DNA from: an uncultured virus (IMG/VR IMGVR_UViG_3300044733_004146)
Lineage: Duplodnaviria > Heunggongvirae > Uroviricota > Caudoviricetes
IMG/VR virus record: IMGVR_UViG_3300044733_004146
Length of the DNA stretch: 64,000 nucleotides
Reading direction: 5' to 3' (one strand)
The notes beneath the pieces are model-generated. The model saw only the letters and a list, made by a program, of their open reading frames with translations. It did no database searches and was not told the origin of the DNA. Made by a program: the position numbers and the translations under genes. Positions 53,607-62,559 of the stretch are shown piece by piece (within the stretch, counting starts at the first letter, position 1; each line of letters opens with the position of its first letter).

Positions 53607-53849
53607 TCAGCGGCTGCCATAGCTCTTCGTGCAATAATTTCCATTTTGGTACGTATTAAGCGGACAGCTTGCACCCGGCGATGCTGGTATCGACCATTTG
53701 GTGCGATTACCGTAGCTTGGCACGCAATATCCAGACGAGGAATAGTAGCCAAGAGGGCAACTATTGCCACTTTGCTGAATAGGAAATGTTTGCGCCAATG
53801 CGGAGAATGGCGCTGCTGCAATGCAGCAAATGGCGAGAATAGTTTTCAT
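53607..53849 (-). CDS. Small secreted Cys-repeat protein
   Basis: Signal-peptide-like N-terminus and two SCPL..Y....YC repeats. Confidence 0.7.
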   Translation of the reverse strand: MKTILAICCIAAAPFSALAQTFPIQQSGNSCPLGYYSSSGYCVPSYGNRTKWSIPASPGASCPLNTYQNGNYCTKSYGSR

Positions 53850-54166
53850 TTTTCGTTTACGTCCCAAAAGTAATCGCAGCCTTCTTCAGTGAATGGCGGC
53901 GTGCCGAAATAGCTTTGCCAACGATCAGCAGGCGCGAGATAACGCCAACAATTTTCGCGGACAGGACATTCGCCCCCTTCGCACATTGCAATGTCAGGCA
54001 TGAGGATTTTGTTTGAAATTTGAGCAAGGTATTGGCGATCCACAAGAGGATCGTCAGCAAGAACTTTGAAAACAGCAGCAATGCGAAGATCGCTACTGAG
54101 GCCATCGTCAGGCCAATTCCAAAATGCCTCGTGGCATTTGTCAAGGAGGGCTTCATGATTCTTCAT
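53846..54166 (-). CDS. Hypothetical protein with a Cys-rich C-terminal domain
   Basis: MPDIAMC....CP....CWRY...CDYFW. Confidence 0.65.
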   Translation of the reverse strand: MKNHEALLDKCHEAFWNWPDDGLSSDLRIAAVFKVLADDPLVDRQYLAQISNKILMPDIAMCEGGECPVRENCWRYLAPADRWQSYFGTPPFTEEGCDYFWDVNEK

Positions 54167-54380
54167 GAACGATGGTTGATGGGCGAATACTTTCCATTTC
54201 TTCTAGAACGGCAGCAAAACCATCAATAATGTTGCTGTCGCAAAAGCCAGCCCCACGGAGGAAGTGGGAAAAGTTTTCAATCACTTCACGACAAAAATTA
54301 GTGTCGGAAGTCATGGTTAAATGGAGATCGCCTTCGCGATAGCCATAAGTCCATTTTCCTATCGGGAAATCATGGTCCAT
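54153..54380 (-). CDS. Hypothetical protein
   Basis: VIENFSHFLRGAGF motif. Coupled ORF. Confidence 0.65.
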   Translation of the reverse strand: MDHDFPIGKWTYGYREGDLHLTMTSDTNFCREVIENFSHFLRGAGFCDSNIIDGFAAVLEEMESIRPSTIVHEES

Positions 54381-54493
54381 AGCAAATAAACGAGGAGGGC
54401 AACGATAAGGGCAATGAGAAAAACCAAAAGGAAAAGTCCTAATGGGTCATGAGCCAAATAAGGCGGAAGGAGATTCAGAAATGGGAAGTCCAT
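54359..54493 (-). CDS. 44-aa single-TM peptide (not in ORF track)
   Basis: MDFPFLNLLPPYLAHDPLGLFLLVFLIALIVALLVYLLWTMISR. Confidence 0.55.
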   Translation of the reverse strand: MDFPFLNLLPPYLAHDPLGLFLLVFLIALIVALLVYLLWTMISR

Positions 54494-54550
54494 CGCTGTC
54501 TAAGCACAAGGATCCAGCAAAGGCCCGCGCAAGGCGGGCCGCTGCCAGGT

Positions 54551-55492
54551 CTATTGCTTTTTTGCGACGAACGCTGCCACTTTGGCTGCCATCTCGTCCA
54601 CTGTTGTGGCCGCAATGATGATGTCCAGCTCAGCTCGCATATCGGCCTTAGTAATGCGAATTTGCTGGTCCTTCGCCCAGAGGGTGACCATGGCAGAAAC
54701 AACATTGCCAAAATGCTGCCAGCTCTTGATTTCCGTGGCGCGGGTCATGCCAAGTGTGTCAAGGGCAGCTTTGCCAGCAGTGAGGCTGCGCTGTTCATCT
54801 TGGTAGCCCAGCGGATCGGCTTTGCAGAAGCTTGTCAGGGCCTCTTTGGCATCGAAAGCGGCGGCAGGAGCTGCCTCTGCTCCAGCATCAGCAGCATCTG
54901 CTGCAACTGGCGCTTCCTTCTTGCTTCCCCGCGTTGCAGGCTTCGGAGTTTCCTGTTGGAGCGCGAGTTTGGTCGTTGCTTTTTCATCTTCCTTGGGAAT
55001 GTCCTCGCCTGCATAAAGACGCAGGCCGAGGCCAGTGAAGGTGGCAATACACTTAACGGCAGCACGCTGGCAGTTGTCGCTGATAGCGCGACCATCAAGC
55101 TGTTGGATGGCATTGTGCTTGCGGTCCATCACGGGAAAGATCAGCGCCACTGTGCGCTTGATGCCGTCCGTCAAATAAGGGCGCAGATAATAGTAGCCAG
55201 GTCCGCCAAACACCACTTCGCCAATGGTCTTTTCTTCAAAAGCCACGAAGAGGGCGGGGAAATGCTCCTTGAGGTAGCGGTAGGCAAATGGCCACGACAG
55301 ATAGGACAGGCCCTTGTAATCCTTTTCGATGTGGGGGCCAATGTCAGGGGTGTCGTAAGCCTTCTTGAATTCACCAGCAGTGATTTCCAGAGGGGCGAAC
55401 ACACCGTTGTAGCGATCCATCATTGCTTGTTTGGAAAAGTCGTCCATTTGGGAAAAGTCGGAAGGAGAATAAAGCGTAAAGGAACTGGTCAT
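54551..55492 (-). CDS. Sak/Rad52-like single-strand annealing protein (DUF1071 type)
   Basis: GLSYLSWPFA, PVMD..HNAI and QRAAVKCIA.F.GLGL.LYAGED. Confidence 0.85.
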   Translation of the reverse strand: MTSSFTLYSPSDFSQMDDFSKQAMMDRYNGVFAPLEITAGEFKKAYDTPDIGPHIEKDYKGLSYLSWPFAYRYLKEHFPALFVAFEEKTIGEVVFGGPGYYYLRPYLTDGIKRTVALIFPVMDRKHNAIQQLDGRAISDNCQRAAVKCIATFTGLGLRLYAGEDIPKEDEKATTKLALQQETPKPATRGSKKEAPVAADAADAGAEAAPAAAFDAKEALTSFCKADPLGYQDEQRSLTAGKAALDTLGMTRATEIKSWQHFGNVVSAMVTLWAKDQQIRITKADMRAELDIIIAATTVDEMAAKVAAFVAKKQ

Positions 55493-55749
55493 TCGTAAAT
55501 AGTGCGTTTCTCTTTGGCGTCATCGCCATAGAACAGGACAAACTTCTGTTCTATTTCTTCGTTGGGGAAAACGAGAGAGCATCCTGGCAAAGGCCAATCC
55601 GGCACCACGCGAACATCATTAATGGGCTCTTCGTAGTCGGGGTTGTAGCCCTCTTCAAAGCAACCAAGCTCCCAAACTAGTTTGACTTCTCCATCGCCAT
55701 GGGAAATCAAAAACTGTTCGGCTGCGTTTTTAAGCTGAGAAACTTTCAT
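55489..55749 (-). CDS. Hypothetical protein (MKVSQL...HGD.EV type)
   Basis: Coupled ORF upstream of the Sak-like gene. Confidence 0.6.
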   Translation of the reverse strand: MKVSQLKNAAEQFLISHGDGEVKLVWELGCFEEGYNPDYEEPINDVRVVPDWPLPGCSLVFPNEEIEQKFVLFYGDDAKEKRTIYE

Positions 55750-56008
55750 CGTCAGCAAGCAGAGAATCAGGGGAGTTGTTGAGGGAGACGGCATAGTCCT
55801 CAATCAAAGAGAACGCACCATCCGCGAGAGTGGCGCTGCCTTCCCAAACGGGGGTGGAACGCACAAGACGCTCCATGGTTTCGCTCAGGGACAGACGCGC
55901 CTCATGGGCGATGTTGGTGAGATGGAGAAAGGCGGTGTCAGTCATCGTGAAATGACGCCCTTTCTTGGTCTCCCCGTAGCCAGGTGGTTTTACGGGCAAT
56001 GCAATCAT
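55730..56008 (-). CDS. Ribbon-helix-helix-like DNA-binding protein
   Basis: RHFTMTDTAF..L..IA....LSLSETMERLVR. First gene after a promoter. Confidence 0.65.
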   Translation of the reverse strand: MIALPVKPPGYGETKKGRHFTMTDTAFLHLTNIAHEARLSLSETMERLVRSTPVWEGSATLADGAFSLIEDYAVSLNNSPDSLLADDESFSA

Positions 56009-56030
56009 GGCCAGCATGGACAACGTGGCC

Positions 56031-56059
56031 ATGTTAGCCATAGTTCCCTGGGGCGTCAA
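56031..56059 (-). promoter_or_regulatory. Sigma70-type promoter for the recombination/nucleotide operon
   Basis: TTGACG, 17 nt spacer, TAACAT on the minus strand. Confidence 0.7.
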
Positions 56060-56150
56060 CCACGGGCTTTCTGAAGCTCGCCTTAAGAAACAGCAGGGGG
56101 CTTACAGGACGGCTTTTTCCTGCTAGAACCGCCCTATCTCTTGCTACGCC

Positions 56151-58115
56151 ATGGCATTTTCTATTCTGGAGCACCTCGGCAAACTGGAGCCCAGCGATCA
56201 CGCAGGCAAATATATCTGCCCAGCATGCGACGGAAACGACTTTTCCGTCAACGAAGAAACCGGCGCATACAACTGTTTCAACGACACCTCTGCCAAACAT
56301 CGCGCTGAAATACGCAACGCCATCGCGCCATTAGAACGATGGGAGCGTCCGCAGCGCCCCTATCAAAGATATACTTTTCCCTACGCAAACCGTGACGGCG
56401 CAACGGTTCTGGAGGTGGTGCGCGACGATTCGTCGGGCAAGAAAAGCATTCGCCAGCAATATCCAACCATTCCCTCTGATGTACAAAAACGCAAGAAAGT
56501 AATTGATGAAATTAGAACAAACATACTGCCCTATCGCTATCAAGAAGCCCTTGATTTTTCTAAGGCAAATAGTCTTCCAATCTTTGTTGTTGAAGGCGAA
56601 TTGTGTTGTGACAGGCTTTGGGAAGTAGGGCTTCCTGCTGTTACTTTTCTTGGTGGCAGTGGGCAATATCGAAGCAACGGTGACTATTCTTTACTGTTTC
56701 GCCAGCACCAATTAGTTCTTTGCCCAGATCGTGATGAGCCTGGCGTTGCGCTCATGCGCGAAGTGGCGGCTGATAATCCTGGCTCACAGTGGCTCTATGC
56801 GGAGCCGGACAGTTTTGAATGGGAAAGCCTGCCACAAAACGGCGGCTATGACATGGCCGATTGGTTGGATGACGGTGCCGACCAAGAACTGATTCTTGCC
56901 TCCATCGTCTTTAAAGACCGGCACGAAGGCCGCGACGGGCGGCCCTCTTTTGAGGAGATTATCGCCACATTTGAACGCATGGTTGGCCTTTACAACAACG
57001 ATGCGAGAGTAATTTTTGAAGCGAGAGAGTGGCTAACGCTTCATGAAGTGAAGATGCCAGCCACGGAAGTGGAGAAGCTCCTGGCTGAAGCAAGGTCTCG
57101 CGTGCATGGCCGCGAGGAGATGGAAGTGATGGACGCCAAGACCATCGCCATGTCTGAAGATTCTCGCGCTTGGACCATTGCAGGCATCCTGCCGGAGAGC
57201 AGCGTCATGCTGCTGGCTGCAGCGCCTGGTAGCGGCAAGAGCACGCTTCTGTACAACTGGGCATTGCACGTTGCCACTGGCTCTCCATGGAGCCGTCGCC
57301 GTTGCAAGAAAGGCAAATCTCTCATCATTCAATGCGACGAGCCAGTGGTCGATGCTGCAGAAAAGATGCAAATTATTGGCTACGACGACAACGAAAATTT
57401 AGACAAGGGCGACATTGGTTTTATTGACCGCTGGCGCTTCAATAACATCCCTCAGCTTTTGTCTTATATCAAAAAGCATCGCCCGCAGCTCATCATGATT
57501 GACAGTCTCACCTCCTGCCTTGCTGGCATGGACGTGGATTTGATTCGCTCTGACGCTGGTAATTGCATTTACGAACTCCGTGACATTGCCAATGAATATG
57601 AATGCAGCATTGTCATCCTTCACCACTTAAACAAAAGTGGTGGCATTCGTGACAGTTCCAGTTTTGAGGCCAACGTCAGCGAAGTGGTCAAACTGTATCG
57701 GCAGGACAACAATTACGACACGACGCAGTTCATCTTTGAATGGACGAAGAGCCGAAGTGGCCTGGCTGGGAAGCATTTCCTACGGCGAGACCCAGCTACG
57801 TATGGTTGGTTTTATGAAGGGCCAGTCAATGGCGGCAGGGATGATCTTGATCGTTTGGTGCAGGCCGTTGACACGCAGAACACGCGACGGTTTGACCGCA
57901 TGGCATTGTCCCGGCACGTAAGCAGCTTTGATAGCAATTTGGCTGGCCGTCTTGCTGAACAGGCCCGCCGTCAAGGGCTGTTAACTAGCAGCTTTAACGT
58001 GGGTCCGAATGGTGAGCGCACCCGCCTCTACCAATCATGGAACTATAAAGAAGAAGATTTCACTGTTGCCGCTGCTCCTGAACCTATCGTTGAAGACGAC
58101 GATATCTGGTTCTAG
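56151..58115 (+). CDS. Primase-helicase (Zn finger + TOPRIM + RecA-like/AAA_25 helicase)
   Basis: CPAC...YNCF, VVEGE, PDRDEPG, AAPGSGKS, IMIDS and ILHH. Acidic DDDIWF tail. Confidence 0.9.
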   Translation: MAFSILEHLGKLEPSDHAGKYICPACDGNDFSVNEETGAYNCFNDTSAKHRAEIRNAIAPLERWERPQRPYQRYTFPYANRDGATVLEVVRDDSSGKKSIRQQYPTIPSDVQKRKKVIDEIRTNILPYRYQEALDFSKANSLPIFVVEGELCCDRLWEVGLPAVTFLGGSGQYRSNGDYSLLFRQHQLVLCPDRDEPGVALMREVAADNPGSQWLYAEPDSFEWESLPQNGGYDMADWLDDGADQELILASIVFKDRHEGRDGRPSFEEIIATFERMVGLYNNDARVIFEAREWLTLHEVKMPATEVEKLLAEARSRVHGREEMEVMDAKTIAMSEDSRAWTIAGILPESSVMLLAAAPGSGKSTLLYNWALHVATGSPWSRRRCKKGKSLIIQCDEPVVDAAEKMQIIGYDDNENLDKGDIGFIDRWRFNNIPQLLSYIKKHRPQLIMIDSLTSCLAGMDVDLIRSDAGNCIYELRDIANEYECSIVILHHLNKSGGIRDSSSFEANVSEVVKLYRQDNNYDTTQFIFEWTKSRSGLAGKHFLRRDPATYGWFYEGPVNGGRDDLDRLVQAVDTQNTRRFDRMALSRHVSSFDSNLAGRLAEQARRQGLLTSSFNVGPNGERTRLYQSWNYKEEDFTVAAAPEPIVEDDDIWF

Positions 58116-58204
58116 TCAATAGTGAGGGAGGCTCTGTAGCTAGCCTCCCCGCCGTCTACCGCAGCGGACGACTTATTAGATTGTAAGAAATATTTGTCAT
58201 TGCC

Positions 58205-58363
58205 ATGAAGATTACTTGGAACGATGAGCCAACGGCGCCTGAAGCGCCGTTTTTTGCTGCACCTCAAGCGGAAGAAGAACTAGAGCCTCTCGATGAAGAG
58301 GAAGAGGAGGAAGAGGAGGATTCGCCAGCGTGCTCCTGGCGGGGACAGGGCTTTGGCTCTTGA
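58205..58363 (+). CDS. 52-aa very acidic peptide (not in ORF track)
   Basis: MKITWNDEPTAPEAPFFAAPQAEEELEPLDEEEEEEEEDSPACSWRGQGFGS. Confidence 0.55.
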   Translation: MKITWNDEPTAPEAPFFAAPQAEEELEPLDEEEEEEEEDSPACSWRGQGFGS

Positions 58364-58489
58364 GCGTGTGCCATTCTGAGCACTGGCACAATTGCGCTTG
58401 GCCGGTGTGCTTATAGTGGTTCCGGAAAGTCCCGCGAGTAACCACTCACCAAAGCGAGCTTCTCCAGCCTCCCTGGCCTTCTAGACCAA

Positions 58490-58613
58490 GCGTAGCCCCC
58501 AAGGGCGGAGCGCTCCAGACCCAGGCCAAAACTCCCTAAAAACAACGGGCTAGACGAGGCCATAAACCTCCGCCAGGCCGGTCAAGACATAGTGGAGCCC
58601 CCAAGGGCGGAAC
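58490..58613 (+). repeat. Two GNA/GNA internal-loop hairpins; candidate replication origin element
   Basis: GC-GTA-GCCC-CCAA-GGGC-GGA-GC (58490-58511) and GT-GGA-GCCC-CCAA-GGGC-GGA-AC (58592-58613). Confidence 0.75.
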
Positions 58614-58686
58614 GTGCAGGACAAAGGCCAAAGAAGCCTTCAAACAAAAATCCTGCTACTAGCATTGCAACGATTAATTCCAAACA

Positions 58687-58920
58687 ATGCTTAACGCTCC
58701 GCGCTCTGTTGACCACTTGCCCTTGCTAGTGCATAACGGAGTGGAAATTCAGCCAATTATTCATTACGGCTTTTCATCGCCTAATAAAGGGCCACGTCCA
58801 GCTTCTCGCACTCTCTATGGAGCACGCGATAACAATGGAGAGCGCCATTGGCGCTCTAGTCTTGACGAAATTCAACAATTAATAGATAAAGGCTTTGCTA
58901 TTGACAATGCTGAGCAATGA
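58687..58920 (+). CDS. Hypothetical protein
   Basis: First ORF after the non-coding locus, with a TAGCAT box upstream. Confidence 0.6.
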   Translation: MLNAPRSVDHLPLLVHNGVEIQPIIHYGFSSPNKGPRPASRTLYGARDNNGERHWRSSLDEIQQLIDKGFAIDNAEQ

Positions 58921-59075
58921 CCAAGCTTTCTGCTGATGAAATTAATCGTCTCATTGACGAAAAAATTCGCCAGCACGAAATTAGAGTGGCTCTGACAAGC
59001 GGCGCTATTGGCGCCGCTCTTTTTCTAGGCATCTTTCATGCCATTGGTTTATTGAATCATGACCTTCGCCCCTGA
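58917..59075 (+). CDS. 52-aa membrane peptide (IRQHEIRVA...; not in ORF track)
   Basis: ATGA-coupled, with one hydrophobic segment. Confidence 0.65.
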   Translation: MTKLSADEINRLIDEKIRQHEIRVALTSGAIGAALFLGIFHAIGLLNHDLRP

Positions 59076-59241
59076 ATTTCCGGCATCCCAAGAGTTGTCT
59101 GATAATGAATGGCAAGAACTTTGCAAATTGAAAGCTGCCATTGATGAAGCTCCGGCCACTGTCGTGGCCTCGCAAATGGAACGTTTCACTGAGCTATTCG
59201 TGCGTACTCTCCATGGAAAGGGAGATACAATGCATGGATGA
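59059..59241 (+). CDS. Hypothetical protein
   Basis: EWQEL..LK.AI...PATV....MERFTEL. Confidence 0.65.
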   Translation: MTFAPEFPASQELSDNEWQELCKLKAAIDEAPATVVASQMERFTELFVRTLHGKGDTMHG

Positions 59242-59253
59242 ATAGAAAAGCGT

Positions 59254-60003
59254 ATGGCACGGCCTGAGATTACGTTTGGCAGTCCAGAAGAGGAGCTTGA
59301 ATATGCTTCCAATGCATTGAAGAAAGCTGGTATTTCTGAAAGCCAGTTTGAAGCAGTTCGTGACACGCAAGTGCATGGTGGTACTGGTGCAGCAGGCTAT
59401 AGCAAAGATATGCTTGGCCTTAGGCGATGGATGGTGCAAGAATTATTGGCGGCGTCAATGAGCAATCGCCAGATTGCGAATGTTCTGAAGCTAAGTAAAG
59501 AAACAGTCAATGGTGACAGGAAGTTTAATCGCCTGCTTTATACAGAAGAAATTTTGAAGAATCAAGACGTGCATCGAGCACGTCTTCTTAAAGAGCAAAT
59601 GGACCTTAAGGACATGGCCCTACAAAGCTTTGAGAATAGTAAAAAGAAACGAATTATTACAATGTCTGACAATAACGGGCAAAGTAATGAAACAGTGAGG
59701 CTTGAGGAAACTGCTGGTGATTCAGCATTTTTGACAGTGGCAAAAAATAGTCTCGTAGAACAGGCCAAGCTATTGGGCCTCCATGAGGCCCGGCCAGCAG
59801 AACAGCAAGACACCAGCTACAGAAAATTCCTCCAGGATTTGTCCACAACCATTCAAAAAGAAAAAGAATCTAAAGCTACAGAGGAACGCAGGGAGAATGC
59901 CCTGCCCGCCAGTGCAGAGGCTATCAGTTTCGACCCATCGCCAGAAAACGAGCCATGGCCCGAGACGATGCCTTTACAAACAATTAATGAAGATGACTAT
60001 TGA
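59254..60003 (+). CDS. HTH protein, probable terminase small subunit
   Basis: MSNRQIANVLKLSKETV..D HTH, a coiled coil, and GD.AFL...QAKLLGL. Confidence 0.6.
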   Translation: MARPEITFGSPEEELEYASNALKKAGISESQFEAVRDTQVHGGTGAAGYSKDMLGLRRWMVQELLAASMSNRQIANVLKLSKETVNGDRKFNRLLYTEEILKNQDVHRARLLKEQMDLKDMALQSFENSKKKRIITMSDNNGQSNETVRLEETAGDSAFLTVAKNSLVEQAKLLGLHEARPAEQQDTSYRKFLQDLSTTIQKEKESKATEERRENALPASAEAISFDPSPENEPWPETMPLQTINEDDY

Positions 60004-60028
60004 CAGGCATGGCTAGCCTGTGCATACT
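60000..60028 (+). promoter_or_regulatory. Sigma70-type promoter
   Basis: TTGACA, 17 nt spacer, CATACT. Confidence 0.65.
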
Positions 60029-60048
60029 GCCATAGTTGCCAGATCCTC

Positions 60049-60474
60049 TTGGACTCTTCCTTCTCCACCGTCAATGACTTCCTGCGCCAGGCAACCGATG
60101 CCAAGGCCAGTAAAAAGGAGGCTATCGCCTCCTCCATCTCCCCTCACCTACAGGATCCTGGTACTGTTGGCGTGCCTCCTAAGTTTGCCAGGAGCATTGA
60201 CCATCTTGTTAGTAACTATGGCGATGAAGCCTATCGGCAAATTGCGTTATTTGCCCTTGGTAAGTGGTTTGAGGCCCATACTGAAGCAGCAGAGGATCTC
60301 TTTGACAATAGTCAGCTTTCCGAAGCCTGTGCTTGCTTGATGGACGCCACGCGCATCAGCGACAGTCTTCATCTTGTTTGTGAAGTGGGCAGTCTTGGCG
60401 GCAGTGAAGACTGGAAGGAAATGCTGGAGAAAGAAATCAGTCAGGCCATTTTGGAAGACATTGAAGAGCGATGA
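60049..60474 (+). CDS. Hypothetical protein
   Basis: TTG start downstream of a promoter. Helical and acidic. Confidence 0.65.
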   Translation: MDSSFSTVNDFLRQATDAKASKKEAIASSISPHLQDPGTVGVPPKFARSIDHLVSNYGDEAYRQIALFALGKWFEAHTEAAEDLFDNSQLSEACACLMDATRISDSLHLVCEVGSLGGSEDWKEMLEKEISQAILEDIEER

Positions 60475-60635
60475 ACGTCTGTCGCACCTTCCTGATCATC
60501 ACTGCTGACGGCCAGCGCATTGCCCTTGGAGCCATTTCTCCTAAACAGGCAGAGCACTTCCTGGCCGTTATACGGCCTGATTTGAAGGTGGCATTGGTGG
60601 AAGAAATTAAACCATTGCCAGAGCCTGAGCTGTGA
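60471..60635 (+). CDS. 54-aa hypothetical protein (not in ORF track)
   Basis: ATGA-coupled on both sides: MNVCRTFLIITADG...PLPEPEL. Confidence 0.6.
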   Translation: MNVCRTFLIITADGQRIALGAISPKQAEHFLAVIRPDLKVALVEEIKPLPEPEL

Positions 60636-60817
60636 TGCGCCTTTCTTTTCATTGCAACAGCACAACTGGCCATCTCCGTATTGGCAAGCTATGCATGGTC
60701 TGGCGAAATGCAGTGCCTAGCGGCACTTTCATCTATGGGAATGGTTATGAGCATCTTTACAATTGTTTTGGCGAAACTTCCCTATCCTGGGGCAATCGTT
60801 CTTTTCTTTTCCATTGA
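60632..60817 (+). CDS. Hypothetical protein
   Basis: Coupled ORF. Confidence 0.5.
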   Translation: MMRLSFHCNSTTGHLRIGKLCMVWRNAVPSGTFIYGNGYEHLYNCFGETSLSWGNRSFLFH

Positions 60818-60820
60818 ACA

Positions 60821-61222
60821 ATGGACGGGCAACTAGCGCTCCTGACGGAGCTTGTTCCAACAGTGCATATATGCATCCCTCCTGAACTGGAAGAAGATGC
60901 TAGGGCATTAGCTGCAGAAAACCCGCCCATTCATCCTGCATGGGCTAAGGCCAAGCGTCGTGGCCGGCATTTTGTCATCAGCACCAACAATCTCGATGAC
61001 ATTTCGGAGATCGCAGACTTTGCTCGCTGCTGCATCGAGGAACCGGCTGCTCCCCTAACGAAGGCTAAGCGGCAGGCCCTCCAGATCCTCCTAGACAGGG
61101 CTTATAGACATGCTGAGCTGGAGCCTATGGGGCATTGCCATTGCATGGCCGTGAAGTGGCGGGAGAAGCCGCTGAGCACTGGCGTAGTGGCTAAACACTT
61201 GCGGAGCAATAAGAAACGCTAA
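60821..61222 (+). CDS. Hypothetical protein
   Basis: Clean ORF within the operon. Confidence 0.65.
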   Translation: MDGQLALLTELVPTVHICIPPELEEDARALAAENPPIHPAWAKAKRRGRHFVISTNNLDDISEIADFARCCIEEPAAPLTKAKRQALQILLDRAYRHAELEPMGHCHCMAVKWREKPLSTGVVAKHLRSNKKR

Positions 61223-61234
61223 TCATTGCAGGGC

Positions 61235-61263
61235 TTGACGAGGAAATGGCTGGCCTGTAAATT
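61235..61263 (+). promoter_or_regulatory. Sigma70-type promoter
   Basis: TTGACG, 17 nt spacer, TAAATT. Confidence 0.65.
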
Positions 61264-61302
61264 GCCAGCAAGCAAGACCGATCTTGCCTCGTTTTTCAAA
61301 CC

Positions 61303-61638
61303 ATGACTGCTTCCTCTTTTTATCGACCATTGGCTAAGGAAGGCATTAGCGCCTTCAATGTCAGAGGCCAAATGATCATGAGCATGGGCGAGCCCTTGGT
61401 TCAGCGCCATTTCACTGTTAATGAACTGCAGGAATTTACCTGCACATTAGAAAAGGCTATTGAAGAAGAGCCTAATTTCACGCAACGTCTGGCATTGCAA
61501 CGTATTCTCTGCTGCTTTGTCGTGAGCATTGACACGCTTAAGGAAAACCACGAAGAATTCATACAATATGCTCCCACTGGCGCTGATCTTGAAGAATATC
61601 TGACCAGCTATTGCAAAGCAATCAAAGGCACCTTCTAA
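61303..61638 (+). CDS. Hypothetical protein
   Basis: First gene after a promoter. Confidence 0.65.
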   Translation: MTASSFYRPLAKEGISAFNVRGQMIMSMGEPLVQRHFTVNELQEFTCTLEKAIEEEPNFTQRLALQRILCCFVVSIDTLKENHEEFIQYAPTGADLEEYLTSYCKAIKGTF

Positions 61639-61817
61639 TGGCAAATATTAATCATTTGCATGATGTGGTGTTTGACTACATCGAAGATGGAAAAGCCCAT
61701 CAGCTCTTGCCTGACTTTATGCAAGTAGTTAATGAGCTTTATGATTGCTATCGAACCAAGGAGCAAGCATTAGCTCCCGTGGTCAGTCGTCTTTCTTCTC
61801 TTGCTTTTGAACCATGA
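61638..61817 (+). CDS. Hypothetical protein
   Basis: TAATG coupling. Confidence 0.6.
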   Translation: MANINHLHDVVFDYIEDGKAHQLLPDFMQVVNELYDCYRTKEQALAPVVSRLSSLAFEP

Positions 61818-62167
61818 ACATTCCTGCATTTAAAAACGATGGTCATGAGGCTGAATATTGGCACATCTTTGACCATTACAAAAGCCGCTACCTTGACTGT
61901 CTTCAAGATGTGAAGGAGGCCATGTTTCCTGGCTATTCCTACACGCAGCTCAGCGGCCCTCTCGTTGATTGCATTCGCCATGTTGCCGATGAAATTATTT
62001 ATGCAGCGACAGACGACTTTGAACGGGCTCATCCTGAATACAAGGGCGACGACGCTGGCTTCTATGTAAGACCAGGCAGTCTTAAGGACAGCATGCAAGA
62101 AGCCCTAAAAGACTTTTGGCATGGAGACATCAATGACAATGGAGGCAAGAATAATGATAATTCCTGA
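61814..62167 (+). CDS. Hypothetical protein
   Basis: ATGA coupling. Confidence 0.65.
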   Translation: MNIPAFKNDGHEAEYWHIFDHYKSRYLDCLQDVKEAMFPGYSYTQLSGPLVDCIRHVADEIIYAATDDFERAHPEYKGDDAGFYVRPGSLKDSMQEALKDFWHGDINDNGGKNNDNS

Positions 62168-62321
62168 AGACTACGAAAACGATCCGCTGCTGGATTGGGA
62201 CTATGAGCAACGGAAACAACGTCCGCTTACGTTGCAACAATTGGAAGATCGTCTTGCTTTTTGGCGAGAGCGACAAAACACTCTTTACCTGGAGCTTTAC
62301 CGTGCCGCCACTTCCATATAG
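62139..62321 (+). CDS. Hypothetical protein (start uncertain)
   Basis: Overlapping small ORF in the operon. Confidence 0.5.
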   Translation: MEARIMIIPEDYENDPLLDWDYEQRKQRPLTLQQLEDRLAFWRERQNTLYLELYRAATSI

Positions 62322-62559
62322 TTATAAGCTGCAACGATTCAATGGCAAAAGTAAAACGTGGGAAGATATCAATATTGTTGATGGCATTCCAGACCTTCGC
62401 GAAACAATCGAAGCTTTAGAAGCCACTGTTGACATGCAGCGCATCAAAATGCTGCATATGGCCAATGCCGTTGCCAATCAACTGCCGGACAGGGATAAAT
62501 TCTTTGCTGACTTTTTAGGCCCTGACGAAAATTCTCCATCCGAGCCTCCCCTTCCATAG
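62302..62559 (+). CDS. Hypothetical protein (GTG start)
   Basis: YKLQRFNG...WED. GGAG upstream, terminator downstream. Confidence 0.55.
   Translation: MPPLPYSYKLQRFNGKSKTWEDINIVDGIPDLRETIEALEATVDMQRIKMLHMANAVANQLPDRDKFFADFLGPDENSPSEPPLP

Noticed and set aside
3158..55498. Long antisense ORFs (for example 3158..4009, 19259..20101, 21305..21937, 54449..55498)
   Set aside because: They mirror strongly codon-biased genes on the other strand and carry no motifs.
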